Source of the DNA: Malacoraja senta
Lineage: Eukaryota
Length of the DNA: 64,000 nt
Reading direction: 5' to 3'
NCBI GenBank assembly: GCA_038087875.1
Contig: CM075990.1
Location: 10,976,001-11,040,000, forward strand
Below, in pieces: positions 53,501 to 64,000 of this stretch. Positions within the stretch are counted from its first letter, which is position 1, and every line of letters starts with the position of its first letter. A program made the position numbers and the translations under genes. The notes beneath the pieces are model-generated. The model ran no database searches. It was not told the DNA's origin and saw only the letters and a program-made list of their open reading frames with translations.

Positions 53501-55519
53501 CACCGAGCTGAACACAGTCTTTGTCTCACTTGAAGTACATGGATATGAATTTTTGATACATGGATAGGTAATGTTTAGAAGGATGTGGGATAAATGTAGG
53601 CAGATGAGTCTTACTTAGATGGGGCATCTTGGTGGGCACAGATGAGTTGGGGCCGAAGGGCCTTTTTCTGTGCTGTGTAACTGACTCTCTGACTCGACCT
53701 GGGAAGTGTCAACTCTTCTGTCGGCTCTCTTGCCATAGAAATAGCAGCTTGAAAAAGCAAGGTCGCTCAGGTGCCTGCACTCCCGTGGGAAACGTCATGC
53801 TGTCACACAAGATCAACATGTGCAAAGCAGTTGTATTCGCAAGCCTCTTGTGTGGCTGCGAGACAAACTCTTAACACAAGTCGTTTGATGTGCTTTCTGT
53901 CTGTGGACACCCACGGGAATCAAATAGTAAGACATGGTAACGAACTTGGATGATTTGGCCAGGTCAGCATTGAGGCCATGATCCGAAGGCTCAGTTGTAT
54001 TGGACAGGCCACATAAGCTGTCTGAAGAGGGTCTCAACCCGAAACGTCACCCATTCCTCTCTCCAGAGACGCAGCCTGAACCGCTGAGTTACTCAGCATT
54101 TTGTTTCTATGGACACTTCCTGTAGGGCACGCCAGCTCGTTTACTGTATTTTGCAGTGAACCGTTGAAACCAGTGATGACCACAAAAATGTTGCAAGGAT
54201 TGCATTAAAGATAACTTTAAACACCTTCCTGTAGGATAGTTGAGACTCATGCACAGAACAGAATAGGCCAATGTGCTTTGACCAAAGAGCCTGTAGTAAC
54301 TTTGAAGGCAGCTGAATGGGACTGAGTCACCAGAACCAGCGAAATAGGAAAGCCTTGGTAACTGCGATGGCACAGTGTCTCTCCCATACCTCCTCTGTCC
54401 CAGTGTGTGTGCCACCAAGTCTGATCTAGTCGCCCACACAAGGGCTCGCGATCGAAGATAGCATAACTGGTATTGTTGAACTTGATGGTCAACCGACTCA
54501 GCTGGTGTGTCCATGGTCTCTTGGGTTTTGAGGACCATCGGCCCCAATGGCCAAGGCAGTGCACTAATCTAAAACATAGCAGAGGTCATTCAGCCCATCT
54601 AAGGTGCCTGCACAGAAGCAATTATTAGAATGTTTGAGGACTGGATAGTTCACTCCCAGGATTGGCTTCCAATCTGTCTGAGTGCTTTTTATTCAATCTC
54701 TAGTCTCACAGCTCTATGGCCCTCTGATCTTCGGTCCTTCTCCATTTTTCATCTCAAGTGAACACCCCCCCCCTCCCCCATTCATTTTGTTCCATTATTG
54801 ATGGTCATTTAATTTGTTCATAAGTCATAGCAGAATTAGGCCATTCGGCCCATCGAGTCTACCTCACTATTCAATCATGGAAGTTCTGTCTTTCTCAACT
54901 GCATTCTTCTACCATCTCCCTGTAACCTTTGTCATCCTTAGTAATCAAGAACTTAAAAAAATAACTAGACTTTGGCCTCCGCAGTCATCCGTGGCAATGA
55001 ATTCCACATTTCACCACCCTCTGCCTAAAGAAATTCCTCCTCATCTCCTTTTTAAAGGTATGTCCTTTTATTCGTTCATTGGCTATATTTATACTGGCTA
55101 TATTGGCCAGTTCATTGGCTATATTTAGATGTGGCCCTTGTGGCTAAAGGGATCAGGGGGTATGGAGAGAAGGCAGGTACAGGATACTGAGTTGGATGAT
55201 CAGCCATGATCATATTGAATGGCGGTGCAGGCTCGAAGGGCCGAATGGCCTACTCCTGCACCTATTTTCTATGTTTCTATTCCCTCTAGCCCTAGACTCT
55301 CCCACAAGTGGAAACATCAGTATAGAGTCACATAGCAGGGAACAAGGCTCTTGGGCCACATGCCAACAAGATGCCCCATCTTATCTGGTCCCATAGCCCA
55401 CGTTTGGTCCATATCCCTTCACCTGCTGAGGCCCTAAGCTCTGAAATTCCCTATCTCTCCTTCACCCTCATGCCTCTCTCCTTTAAGTTTCTCATTGAAA
55501 GACTATATACAAACAAGCT

Positions 55520-55722
55520 ACACAAAAATGCTGGAGAAACTCAGCGGGTGCAGCAGCATCTATGGAGCGAAGGAAATAGGTAACATTTCGGGCCGAAACC
55601 CTTCTTCGGCCCGAAACGTTACCTATTTCCTTCGCTCCATAGATGCTGCTGCACCCGCTGAGTTTCTCCAGCATTTTTGTGTACCTTCGATTTTCCAGCA
55701 TCTGCAGTTCCTTCTTTAACAC
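55520..55722. mobile_element. Very young fold-back PLE-derived element with 15-bp TSD
   Basis: 79-bp arms 55519-55597 and 55605-55683 with one mismatch; TSD ATATACAAACAAGCT at 55505-55519 and 55723-55737. Confidence 0.9.
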
Positions 55723-56239
55723 ATATACAAACAAGCTTTTGTGGATGTCCTAATCTTCTTTGGCTCAGTGTTGCTTGGCAGCCCCCCTTGTGAAGTACAT
55801 CAGGGCATTTGGAAAACATTCGATAACAGAAAATTATTATTGAACTGAAGATGTTTCCTTATGGTGACATTGCCCACATGTTCGGAACTAAGCATTGCCT
55901 TCAATCACCTCGAATCTAATATAATTTATTTTATGGGGAGCCTATATTAAGATAGGATCTGTAACTTTAGGGTAAATTTAGAGCAGTTATTTGCATGCTT
56001 TTCTGTGTTGAAACGGGTTAGCTTGTGTTTGTAATACAAACTCCCACATAAACAAAATGTGTAACAAAATTCCACTCGGTTATGTTCCTCCCTGTTATTA
56101 TAATTTAATAGGATTTTGATGTCCTTGGCAACTCCTCAACAAAAATGAATAATTGAATGAACTCGTGAGATGTTTACTTCGCTTCCAGGTTAATGATGTA
56201 AGATTTGCGTGGAAGTTAATTTTGCCTTGAGTTCATTTG

Positions 56240-56590
56240 CAACCATCTCAATCGGTTTTAAGTATATTTGTGAGATGTATTGGGTGTTTTAATGCCGATT
56301 TCTGCACAGTGAGCTCCACAAATGGCAAAGTGATTATCTGCTTTGAGAGACAAATATTGGCTAGGGGACTGGGGAGATCGGTGATCAGAGATCAGTGCAA
56401 CTGTTGTGCATCCCTTTGAGGAAGCAGTCGGGGTTTTTATTTAAACAATCTGTACAAAAGGTGTCAGCAGCTTACAGCCCATTAGCCCATTCCCCTCAGT
56501 GCTTCACAGGGGAATCAGTCTGTGCTTGAGTCTCTGGAGTGGAGCTTGAACTTGCAACCTTCTGACTTCCAGAGACAACTGTTCTGCTTT
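56240..56590 (-). mobile_element. Ancient Deu-domain SINE
   Basis: Antisense ccctcagtgcttcacag...gtgcttgagtctctggagtggagcttgaacttgcaaccttctgact. Confidence 0.55.
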
Positions 56591-58974
56591 TCACTACAGC
56601 TGAGCAGTACAACGTTTCAGCTAAACTCGATGTATTGGGAATTCATCCTGAATTATAAAGCACGCGTGTGAATTGCTCCAAGTGTGTCAGTGATGGTAGA
56701 ATCTGGGAGGACTTGTTAGGAATGTTGGAAGAATTAAATGTGATTAGTGTTAGTGCATGCTGGATGGTCGGTATGGACTTGGTGGGCTGAGAGTCCTGTT
56801 TTGAGATCTGTGACTAAATGGATTGTATAAGAAGGCCTTATTTTCAGTCAATCACCAAAAACATGGAAGCGAATAAGAACACAGTATGATTTGGCACACT
56901 GCCTGTCAGGGTAATGGAGACATAGTAATTACCTTCACAAGATGATCAAACGGGCACTAAAGGAATTATAGTTTATGGGTAGGGGAAAAGAACAGGGACG
57001 TGGGACTAATTTTTGGGAACCACCAAAAAAGCCTCCTTCCTATCTTCCCACCAACAACTGGAGAGCTGTCCTGAACTACTATCTACCTCATGGAAGACCC
57101 TTGGACTAACTTTGATTGAACTTTACTGGACTTTATCTTTCACTAAACATTTCACATTATTCCTGTTATCATGGATCAGTGCCCTGTGGGTCGATTGTAA
57201 TCTTGTATTGTTATTCCGCTCACTGGTTAACACGCAACAAAAGCTTTTCACTATACCTTGGTACACGTGACAATAAATCAAACTCAAACACGATGGGCTG
57301 AATGGCCTCTCTTCTGCAGCAACAATTCTATGACAAAAAGATGAAGTGAAGGACGTGGTGATGAGGAAAAACGTACCTTTGCTCTTGAAACTGGTGGGGT
57401 CTGAGACCGTGCTACCTCAGAGTCAAGAAGGCATTAACTTTTATCACATGAAACATCCTAGAGTTCAGCACATAATGAGCACTAAAGCAGTTGTAACTAA
57501 CGAGGCTCAGGACCTGTAGCTGAGATGAAGAATCAGTTTTGGTCTGAGTTTCTAAAATAGCCCTCCTGTCCTGTGCGTTTTGCACTGAATGCAGCTGTTT
57601 TGTAAATGTTGCTGTTGAAACCTTATCTGTGCTGACCAGCCTCCCGCTCCAATTGGTTAAAACACTTGCTATTTTCACTCTTGAGGCAGGAATGTGCTCG
57701 GGTTTGAGAAGTTTATTTTCTGGATTTACTACTGGTATTTACGAGAGCTTTTGAAGGCAACGACACACTCCAGCTTCCATTTTGAAGTTTTATTGGTGCT
57801 ACAGTCACAAAGTTCCTTCATCCAGATTTGTTATGTTTCTTACTCTTCCGGTTTCACCTTCTCCAGTGCAGATTGTCCCCAGGAACCCGTGTTCTAAGTG
57901 TCTATTTACACAGGTCCTCTTTTCTGAGGGAAACACTATGCTGTAGATTGGCTCCTAGACGGTTTGGAGTTGAATGTTAACTATTCTGCTGATGTTGTGG
58001 GCTTTGTCATAAAGTCATAAGGAACAGGAGTAGAATTAGGCCATTCGGCCCATCAAGATTCCACCAATCATCCTTGGCTGGTCGATCTCTCCCTCCTGAC
58101 CCCATTATCCTGCCTTCTCCCCATAACCTCTGACACCTGTACTAATCAAGAATCTATCTATCACTGCCTTAAAAGATTGAGTCTTACAGAGTGGAAACAG
58201 GCCCTTCAGCCCAACTTGCCAACATGTCCCCTCAACACCATTCCCACCTGCCTGCATTTGGCCTATATCCCTTCAAACCTGCTACCTTTGGTTGGGCCTG
58301 CAACAACAACTTTGCCATAAAGATCTTGGGGGATCATACTGCAAAGGGTTGCAGATGTAAACAGAGGGATTTGAACATGAGGATGCGAATTGTAACCTTG
58401 TGGAATTGCTTAACCAGGTGACGGAGTAAGTGTGTCCAAACAAGGGTCACCATGCGACTGGGGCATGGTGCGCAGTGAGAGATGGATGGCAGACTGTTGG
58501 AAGACCTACAGTTTACCAAGGAGAGCAGTACAAGAATTAAATTGACAAAGATGTTTATAATGAATCTACCAAGCATGATTGGGTGCTGCGTGGAAATGAC
58601 ATATTGTCCCTTCAGTGTTGACAGTTGAGGGTTTATTTGATTGAGCTGTTTAAGCTGTGACAAGGAATTAAAAATGGTAACTACAGAGAAACATAATTCT
58701 TCATACTCTTCGCATCATCTGAGGAATTCAAGCCCATTGGGGAACAGAATCCAGAAGCAATTTTGGATCCATGGCGTAATATGGAATTCTGACTCTTTCT
58801 CTCGCAGTATGGAAATGCAAGTTGCAGCTTTTATGACTGAGATTGGTCATCTTCCATTGGGTAAGACTAGCACAGGAGGCTAAATGTGTGCAAAAGCAAG
58901 TGAATGGGAAACAGGTAGAGGTCAATGACTCAGCAGCTCCAGGAACTTGGTTACTGGGACTGGCAAGGGCTGAA

Positions 58975-59283
58975 GGTGGCACGGTGGTGCAATGGTAGAG
59001 CTATTGCCTTGCAGTGGCAGAGACCCTGGTTGGATCCTGACTATGGGTGCTGTCGGTACAGAGTTTGTATGTTATCCCCGTACCCTGCGTGGGTTTTCTC
59101 CGGGAGCTCCGGCTTCCTTCCACACTCCAAAGACCTACAGGTTTGTAGGCTAATTGGCTGCGGTAAAATTGTGAATTATCCCCCGTGTGTGCAGGATAGT
59201 GTTAGTTTGTGGAGATCGCAGATCGGTGAGGTCTCGGTGGGCTGAAGGGCCTGTTTCCGCGCTGTATCTCTAAACTAAACTCA
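58975..59283 (+). mobile_element. HE1-type V-SINE, full length
   Basis: tRNA-like head, V core, gaagggcctgtttccgcgctgtatctctaaactaaact tail; ends ~42 nt before the SGPL1 acceptor. Confidence 0.9.
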
Positions 59284-59325
59284 AAAGAACATCCTGTGGC
59301 TAACTCTGATACTCTTTTTTTGCAG

Positions 59326-59491
59326 GAGACGCTGGATCTTTACAAGGAGACGGTTGAGTTGTATCTAGGATGGGGGACGAGGTATGTGAACACACGGTTC
59401 CAGGGGCTGGAGCCCTGGCAGATTGCTGCCATCACAGTCATGGCTACTCTGCTGGCAGTGTGGCTACATGGCTTCCTCTTCAAACGGGAAA
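59326..59491 (+). CDS. SGPL1: Sphingosine-1-phosphate lyase 1, internal exon (N-terminal membrane anchor)
   Basis: ctaac...ttttttgcag | ETLDLYKETVELYLGWGTRYVNTRFQGLEPWQIAAITVMATLLAVWLHGFLFKRE | gtgagt; YVN...EPWQ...W...F..ES signature; 166 nt, same as the human c.28-193 exon as recalled. Confidence 0.95.
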
Positions 59492-60029
59492 GTGAGTACG
59501 ACTGTCCTTTGTGCCAAGAACTGGTCCTAACCCAAAACATTATCTGTCCATTCTCTCGTTAGATGCTGCCTCACCTGTTGAGTTGAACATGTCCATTGCT
59601 TTACTTGTTCTGTGTCTTTACCTATGCTTTATTGGCTCTACTTGTATAAAGCCATTAAAAGTCAATCTGTTTTTATTGCTGAAGAAAATAAAAAGTAAAA
59701 CCAGTCATTTTTCTGATCCATCGATGGCTAGAAGGAGCCCATTAAAATTAAAATAGTTGAGTAGTAAAAGTGATCAATATTTGTTTCCCAATTTCTTCCA
59801 CTGCTTCCTTGAATTGTGTTCTGAAGCTAGATTGAAATATCTGTGCAGTTTTGTGGATTACTGCATCTGCCAACAATGGAAGATCCTCAGAGTACGGAAT
59901 AACTCAGCGGGTCGAGGCAGCATCTCTGGAGAATGTAGATAGATGATGCTCTGGGTCAGGACCCTTTTTTACACTCAGAGAAGGTTGGTTTCTACTATTA
60001 AATGGTAAAAAAAAATTCCCTCTCCACAG

Positions 60030-60097
60030 GTATCTCCTCACGGTTAAGGAAGTTCTTCTTCAAGATCATAAGGAAATTGCCGTTCCTTGCTGCTTCA
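60030..60097 (+). CDS. SGPL1: Sphingosine-1-phosphate lyase 1, internal exon
   Basis: ccacag | (S)ISSRLRKFFFKIIRKLPFLAAS | gtaagt; phase-1 start fits the previous exon; 68 nt, like human c.194-261 ([23 protein letters not shown]). Confidence 0.95.
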
Positions 60098-60380
60098 GTA
60101 AGTATGTTTATCGTTTTAACACTTCTGTGGAATATGCAAAGAGGCATGGATGGAGCCTCTGCATTTGAACGTGGAAGATTTCCTTGGTGAATTTTGTTGT
60201 GGTCTATTTTCCATTTGCTACGTACACATAATTTCGTAGATCCTTGCCCCTGCACCTCGGGCAATCAATTTGCACACAGCAAGGTCCCACAGTAAACCGT
60301 GATGGAGTACTGAAGAATTTGGTTGCCTTCATAAAGGATAAATATTGGCCAAATCACTTGGGGAGAATGCTGCAAAATAA

Positions 60381-60610
60381 TAGATACATAGAAAATAGGT
60401 GCAGGAGTAGGCCATTCGGCCCTTCGAGCCTGCACCGCCATTCAATATGATCATGGCTGATCATCCAACTCAGTATCCCGTACCTGCCTTCTCTCCATAC
60501 CCCCTGATCCCCTTAGCCACAAGGGCCACATCTAACTCCCTCTTAAATATAGCCAATGAACTGGCCTCAACTACCCTCTGTGGCAGAGAGTTCCAGAGAT
60601 TCACCACTCT
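60381..60610 (-). mobile_element. Young CR1 3' fragment
   Basis: Near-identical to 42240-42455 in reverse orientation. Confidence 0.9.
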
Positions 60611-61478
60611 AATGGCACAAAATATTTCATGTTGACCTTTTGGTGAGCAGCACCAAATGTAGCTTCCACTTATAACTGAATGGGAGTGTTTGCCTCTATT
60701 TTCATGCTCTGGTGTACGTATGGGTTTTGAACCAGCAAACATCTAACTGAGGCCCAAGTGCCACCTATCACTCCATGGCTGACCGTGTTTTTAAACTGAG
60801 TATCTCCTTCCATTCGAGCCAACAGATACTACTCTAGACTTGCCACTTGTTCATTCTCTGATGTGTGCACAAATCTTTTTTTAGCAATGTAATTATAAAT
60901 AGATTAGAACTGAATTTTTATCCATGGAAATATTTGTCTTGGTGCATTTTATTCTGGTAACCTCGTAGGATTCATTGTTTATTTTTCCAGCATTGAAAGA
61001 CCTTTAATTTGTTTTTGCACATTCGTGTGTTTATAGCATCGCTCTTTCAATTCTGTATGTGTGTTGCTTCTGCTCTAACAGCAGTACTAAAGGATGAGGA
61101 GTCGATGATGTGTTCTTTGTGAGAACTTGTTGGCACGATCAACATTCATTATCCATCCCTGTTCAACTTTTAACTGTGTCATGTATGCTGGTGTTTCATT
61201 GAAAATTTAAGAATTGCCCACATACAGTGCCCTCCATAATGTTTGGGACAAAGACCCATTTATTTATTTGCCTCTGCACTCCACAATTTGAGATTTGTAA
61301 TAGAAAAAAAATCACATGTGGTTAAAGTGCACAGTGTCAGATTTTAATAAACACCATTTTTATACATTTTGGTTTCACCATGTAGAAATTACAATGGTGT
61401 TTATACATAGTCTCCCCCATTTCAGGGCACCATCATGTTTGGGACACAGCAATGTCGAGTAAATGAAAGTAGTCATGT

Positions 61479-62515
61479 TTAGTGTTTTGTTGCATATCCT
61501 TTGCATGCAATGACTGCTTGAAGTCTGCGATTGATGGACATCACCAGTTGCTGGGTGTCTTCTCCAGTGATGCTCTACCAGGCCTGTATTGCAGCCATCT
61601 TTAGCTTATGCTTGTTTTGGGGGCTAGTTCCCTTCAGTTTTCTCTTCAGCATATAAAAGGCATGCTCAATTGGGTTCAGATCAAGTGATTGACTTGGCCA
61701 CTCAAGAATTGATCATTTTTTTTAGTTTTGAAAAACTCTGTTGCTTTGGAAGTATGTTTGGGATAATTGTCTTGCTGTAGAATGAACTGCCGGCTAATGA
61801 GTTTTGAGGTATTTGTTTGAACTTGAGCAGATTGGATGTGTCTACACACTTCAGAATTCATTATGCTACTACCATTAGCAGTTGTATCATCAATGAAGAT
61901 AAGTGAGCCAGTACCTTCAGCAGCCATACATGCTCAGGCCACAACACCCCCACCACTGTATTTCACAGATGAAGTGGTATGATTTGGATCTTGGGCAATT
62001 TGTTCTCTCCTCCATACTTTGTTCTTGCCATCACTCTGATATAAGTTAATCTTTGTCTCATCTGTCCACAAGACCTTTTTCCAGAACTGCAGTTGCTCTT
62101 TTAAGTATTTCTTGGCAAACAGTAATCTGGCCATCCTATTTTTGCAGCTAACCAGTGGTTTGCATCTTGCAGTGTAGCCTCTGTATTTCTGTTCATGAAG
62201 TCTTCTGTGGATAATGGTCATTGACAAATCCACACCTGACTCCTGAAGAGTGTTTCTGATCTGTCGGACAGGTGTTTGGGCATGTTTCTTTATTATAGGG
62301 AGAATTCTTCTGTCATCAGCTGTGGAGGTCTTCCTTGGCCTGCCAGTCCCTTTGCAATTAGTAAGCTCACCAGTGCTCTCTTTCTTCTTAATGATGTTCA
62401 AAACAGTTGATTTTGGTAAGCCTGAGGTTTGGCTGATATCTCTAACCGTTTTATTCTTGTTTCTCATGCTCATAATGGCTTATTTGACTTTCATTGGCAC
62501 AACGTTGGTCCTCAT
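61479..62515 (-). pseudogene. Tc1 transposase, disrupted
   Basis: GRPRKT, WTDETKIN, QQDNYPKH, DLNPIEH, KGYATKH*; early TAA and frameshifts. Confidence 0.92.
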
Positions 62516-62871
62516 GTTGATAAACAGCAATAAAAGTTTCCAAAGGTGATGGAAAGACTGGAGGAAAGACTAGATTCTGAGAGCTCTCTTATACCTGCAT
62601 TAAGGAGGCATTTAAACACACCTGAGCAATTACAAACACCTGTGAAGCCATGTGTCCCAAACATTATGGTGCCTTGAAATGGGGGGGACTATGTATAAAC
62701 ACAGCTGTAATTTCTACATCGTGATACCAAAATGTATAAAAATGGCATTTAATAAAATCTGACAATGAGCACTTTAACCACATGTGATTTTTTTCTATTA
62801 CAAATCTTAAATTGTGTACAGAGGCAAATAAATAAATAACGGGTCTTTGTCCCAAACATTATGGAGGGCAC

Positions 62872-63055
62872 ACGCAAAATGCTGGAGCAACTCAGCGGGT
62901 GAGGCAGCATTTATGGAGAGAAGGAATTGGCGACTTTTCGGGTCTCGACCCGAAACGCAGCCAAGTCCTGCTCTCCATAGATGCTGCCTTACCCGCTGAG
63001 TTACTCCAGCATTTATGTCCACCTTTGATTTTACCAGCATCTGCAGTTCTTTCTT
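62872..63055. mobile_element. Fold-back PLE-derived element inserted in the Tc1 right TIR
   Basis: Inverted arms plus tail; TSD AAACATTATRGAGGGCAC at 62854-62871 and 63056-63073. Confidence 0.88.
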
Positions 63056-64000
63056 AAACATTATAGAGGGCACTGTAGCTCTGAATGGTTAAGGACAGGA
63101 GCGCTGAATGGTTAAGGACAGGAGAATTCTTTGCTATTAGGGAATTAGATGTGTTTTACCTCAAGCTGTCCAGGCGGGGGATGGAGGTGTTGAAGGGTTG
63201 CGGGTGACCATTTTGTAAGTGAGCAGTAGAAACAAGAAACTGCAGATGCTGGTTTACCAGAAAAGACACAAAGTGCTCGAGGAACTCAGCACGTCGAGTC
63301 GCTTCCCGAGAGTACGTGGATAGGTGACGTTTCGGATCATGCACCTTGAGAATTTAAGAATTGCCCAAAATATCGTGGGTCTGGAGTCGCAAATAGCTCA
63401 GATTGTCTAAGGACAGGAGAGTTCTATGCTGTTGGTTAACTGGATGTCTTTTTACCATAATCTGGTTGATTCAAGGTCACTTTTTGTGTTGTTCCAAAAT
63501 GACACCCATCTGTGATCTCCAGGAGTGCTACCTGACCCGCTGAGTTACTTCCAGCAGTTTGTGTCTTTTTTTTTGTAAATGAACAGGTTGGAACCAAGAA
63601 ACGGTGGAAGTGGTGCATGGCATCAGATGTGTTGTGCATGAAGGTGGTCAGAGACTGGGTGAGGGGAATAACAATGGAACCAAGAGATGGGGAAGTAGGT
63701 TCTGCAGCATAACATGAATCTGATACAATGGGTCTATCTGTTCATCTGATCGCAGTCATACCCCTTGTTCTACCCACCCTCCTCCACCACTGCAACTTAG
63801 AAATGTTCCCAGTTTGTGGAACATCAAAGCTGATGCTGTCTCCACTGCCAGCCCTACTGAATAATTCCAATATTTTATATTTCTGCATCAGATTTGCAGT
63901 GTCTGCATCCTTTGGTCTTTTGTTCACAGGAATTATAAAAACTTCAGAGGTTACGGAATTTGCAAAAGTAGAATAACATGTTATTGTGTAACGGGCATAA

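Larger units (their letters stand above)
61225..63075 (-). mobile_element. Tc1/mariner DNA transposon, IR/DR type, in an SGPL1 intron
   Basis: TA|CAGTGCCCTC ... GAGGGCACTG|TA; ~225-bp TIRs, each with outer and inner catxatgtttgggaca direct repeats; right TIR split by an insertion. Confidence 0.95.

Noticed and set aside
63920..64000. Next SGPL1 exon after ttcacag
   Set aside because: Phase-0 reading gives GAA TTA TAA and no similarity to the expected IQxxLNK sequence.

Overview
Vertebrate genomic DNA, AT-rich and repeat-dense. The repeat set (HE1-type V-SINEs, HER1-like CR1 LINEs, Deu-domain SINEs, Rex1, Penelope-like elements) points to an elasmobranch, probably a skate or ray (inference). 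The only host gene I can recognise is the 5' part of SGPL1 on the + strand: a CpG-island first exon (ATG 47511, MELR), then exons 59326-59491 (166 nt) and 60030-60097 (68 nt); the rest lies beyond the window. No host exon was recognisable in 1-47 kb. Most notable: (1) a U4 snRNA / LINE-1 chimeric retrocopy bounded by one 13-bp TSD (24066-24810); (2) a tailless DDA1 processed pseudogene inserted into a V-SINE (25283-25498); (3) roughly 20-25 short Penelope-derived, often fold-back elements with a hammerhead-like CTGAAGA...GAAACGTC core, some with 15-18 bp TSDs; (4) an intron-1 minisatellite built on a 14-bp palindrome with higher-order and inverted units; (5) a probable Helitron, a nested palindrome and a G-rich pentamer array just upstream of SGPL1. 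Also present: a nearly intact CR1 ORF2, an IR/DR Tc1 transposon and two Harbinger-type MITEs. Comparisons with known sequences are from memory; no searches were run. Boundaries of old repeats are approximate.
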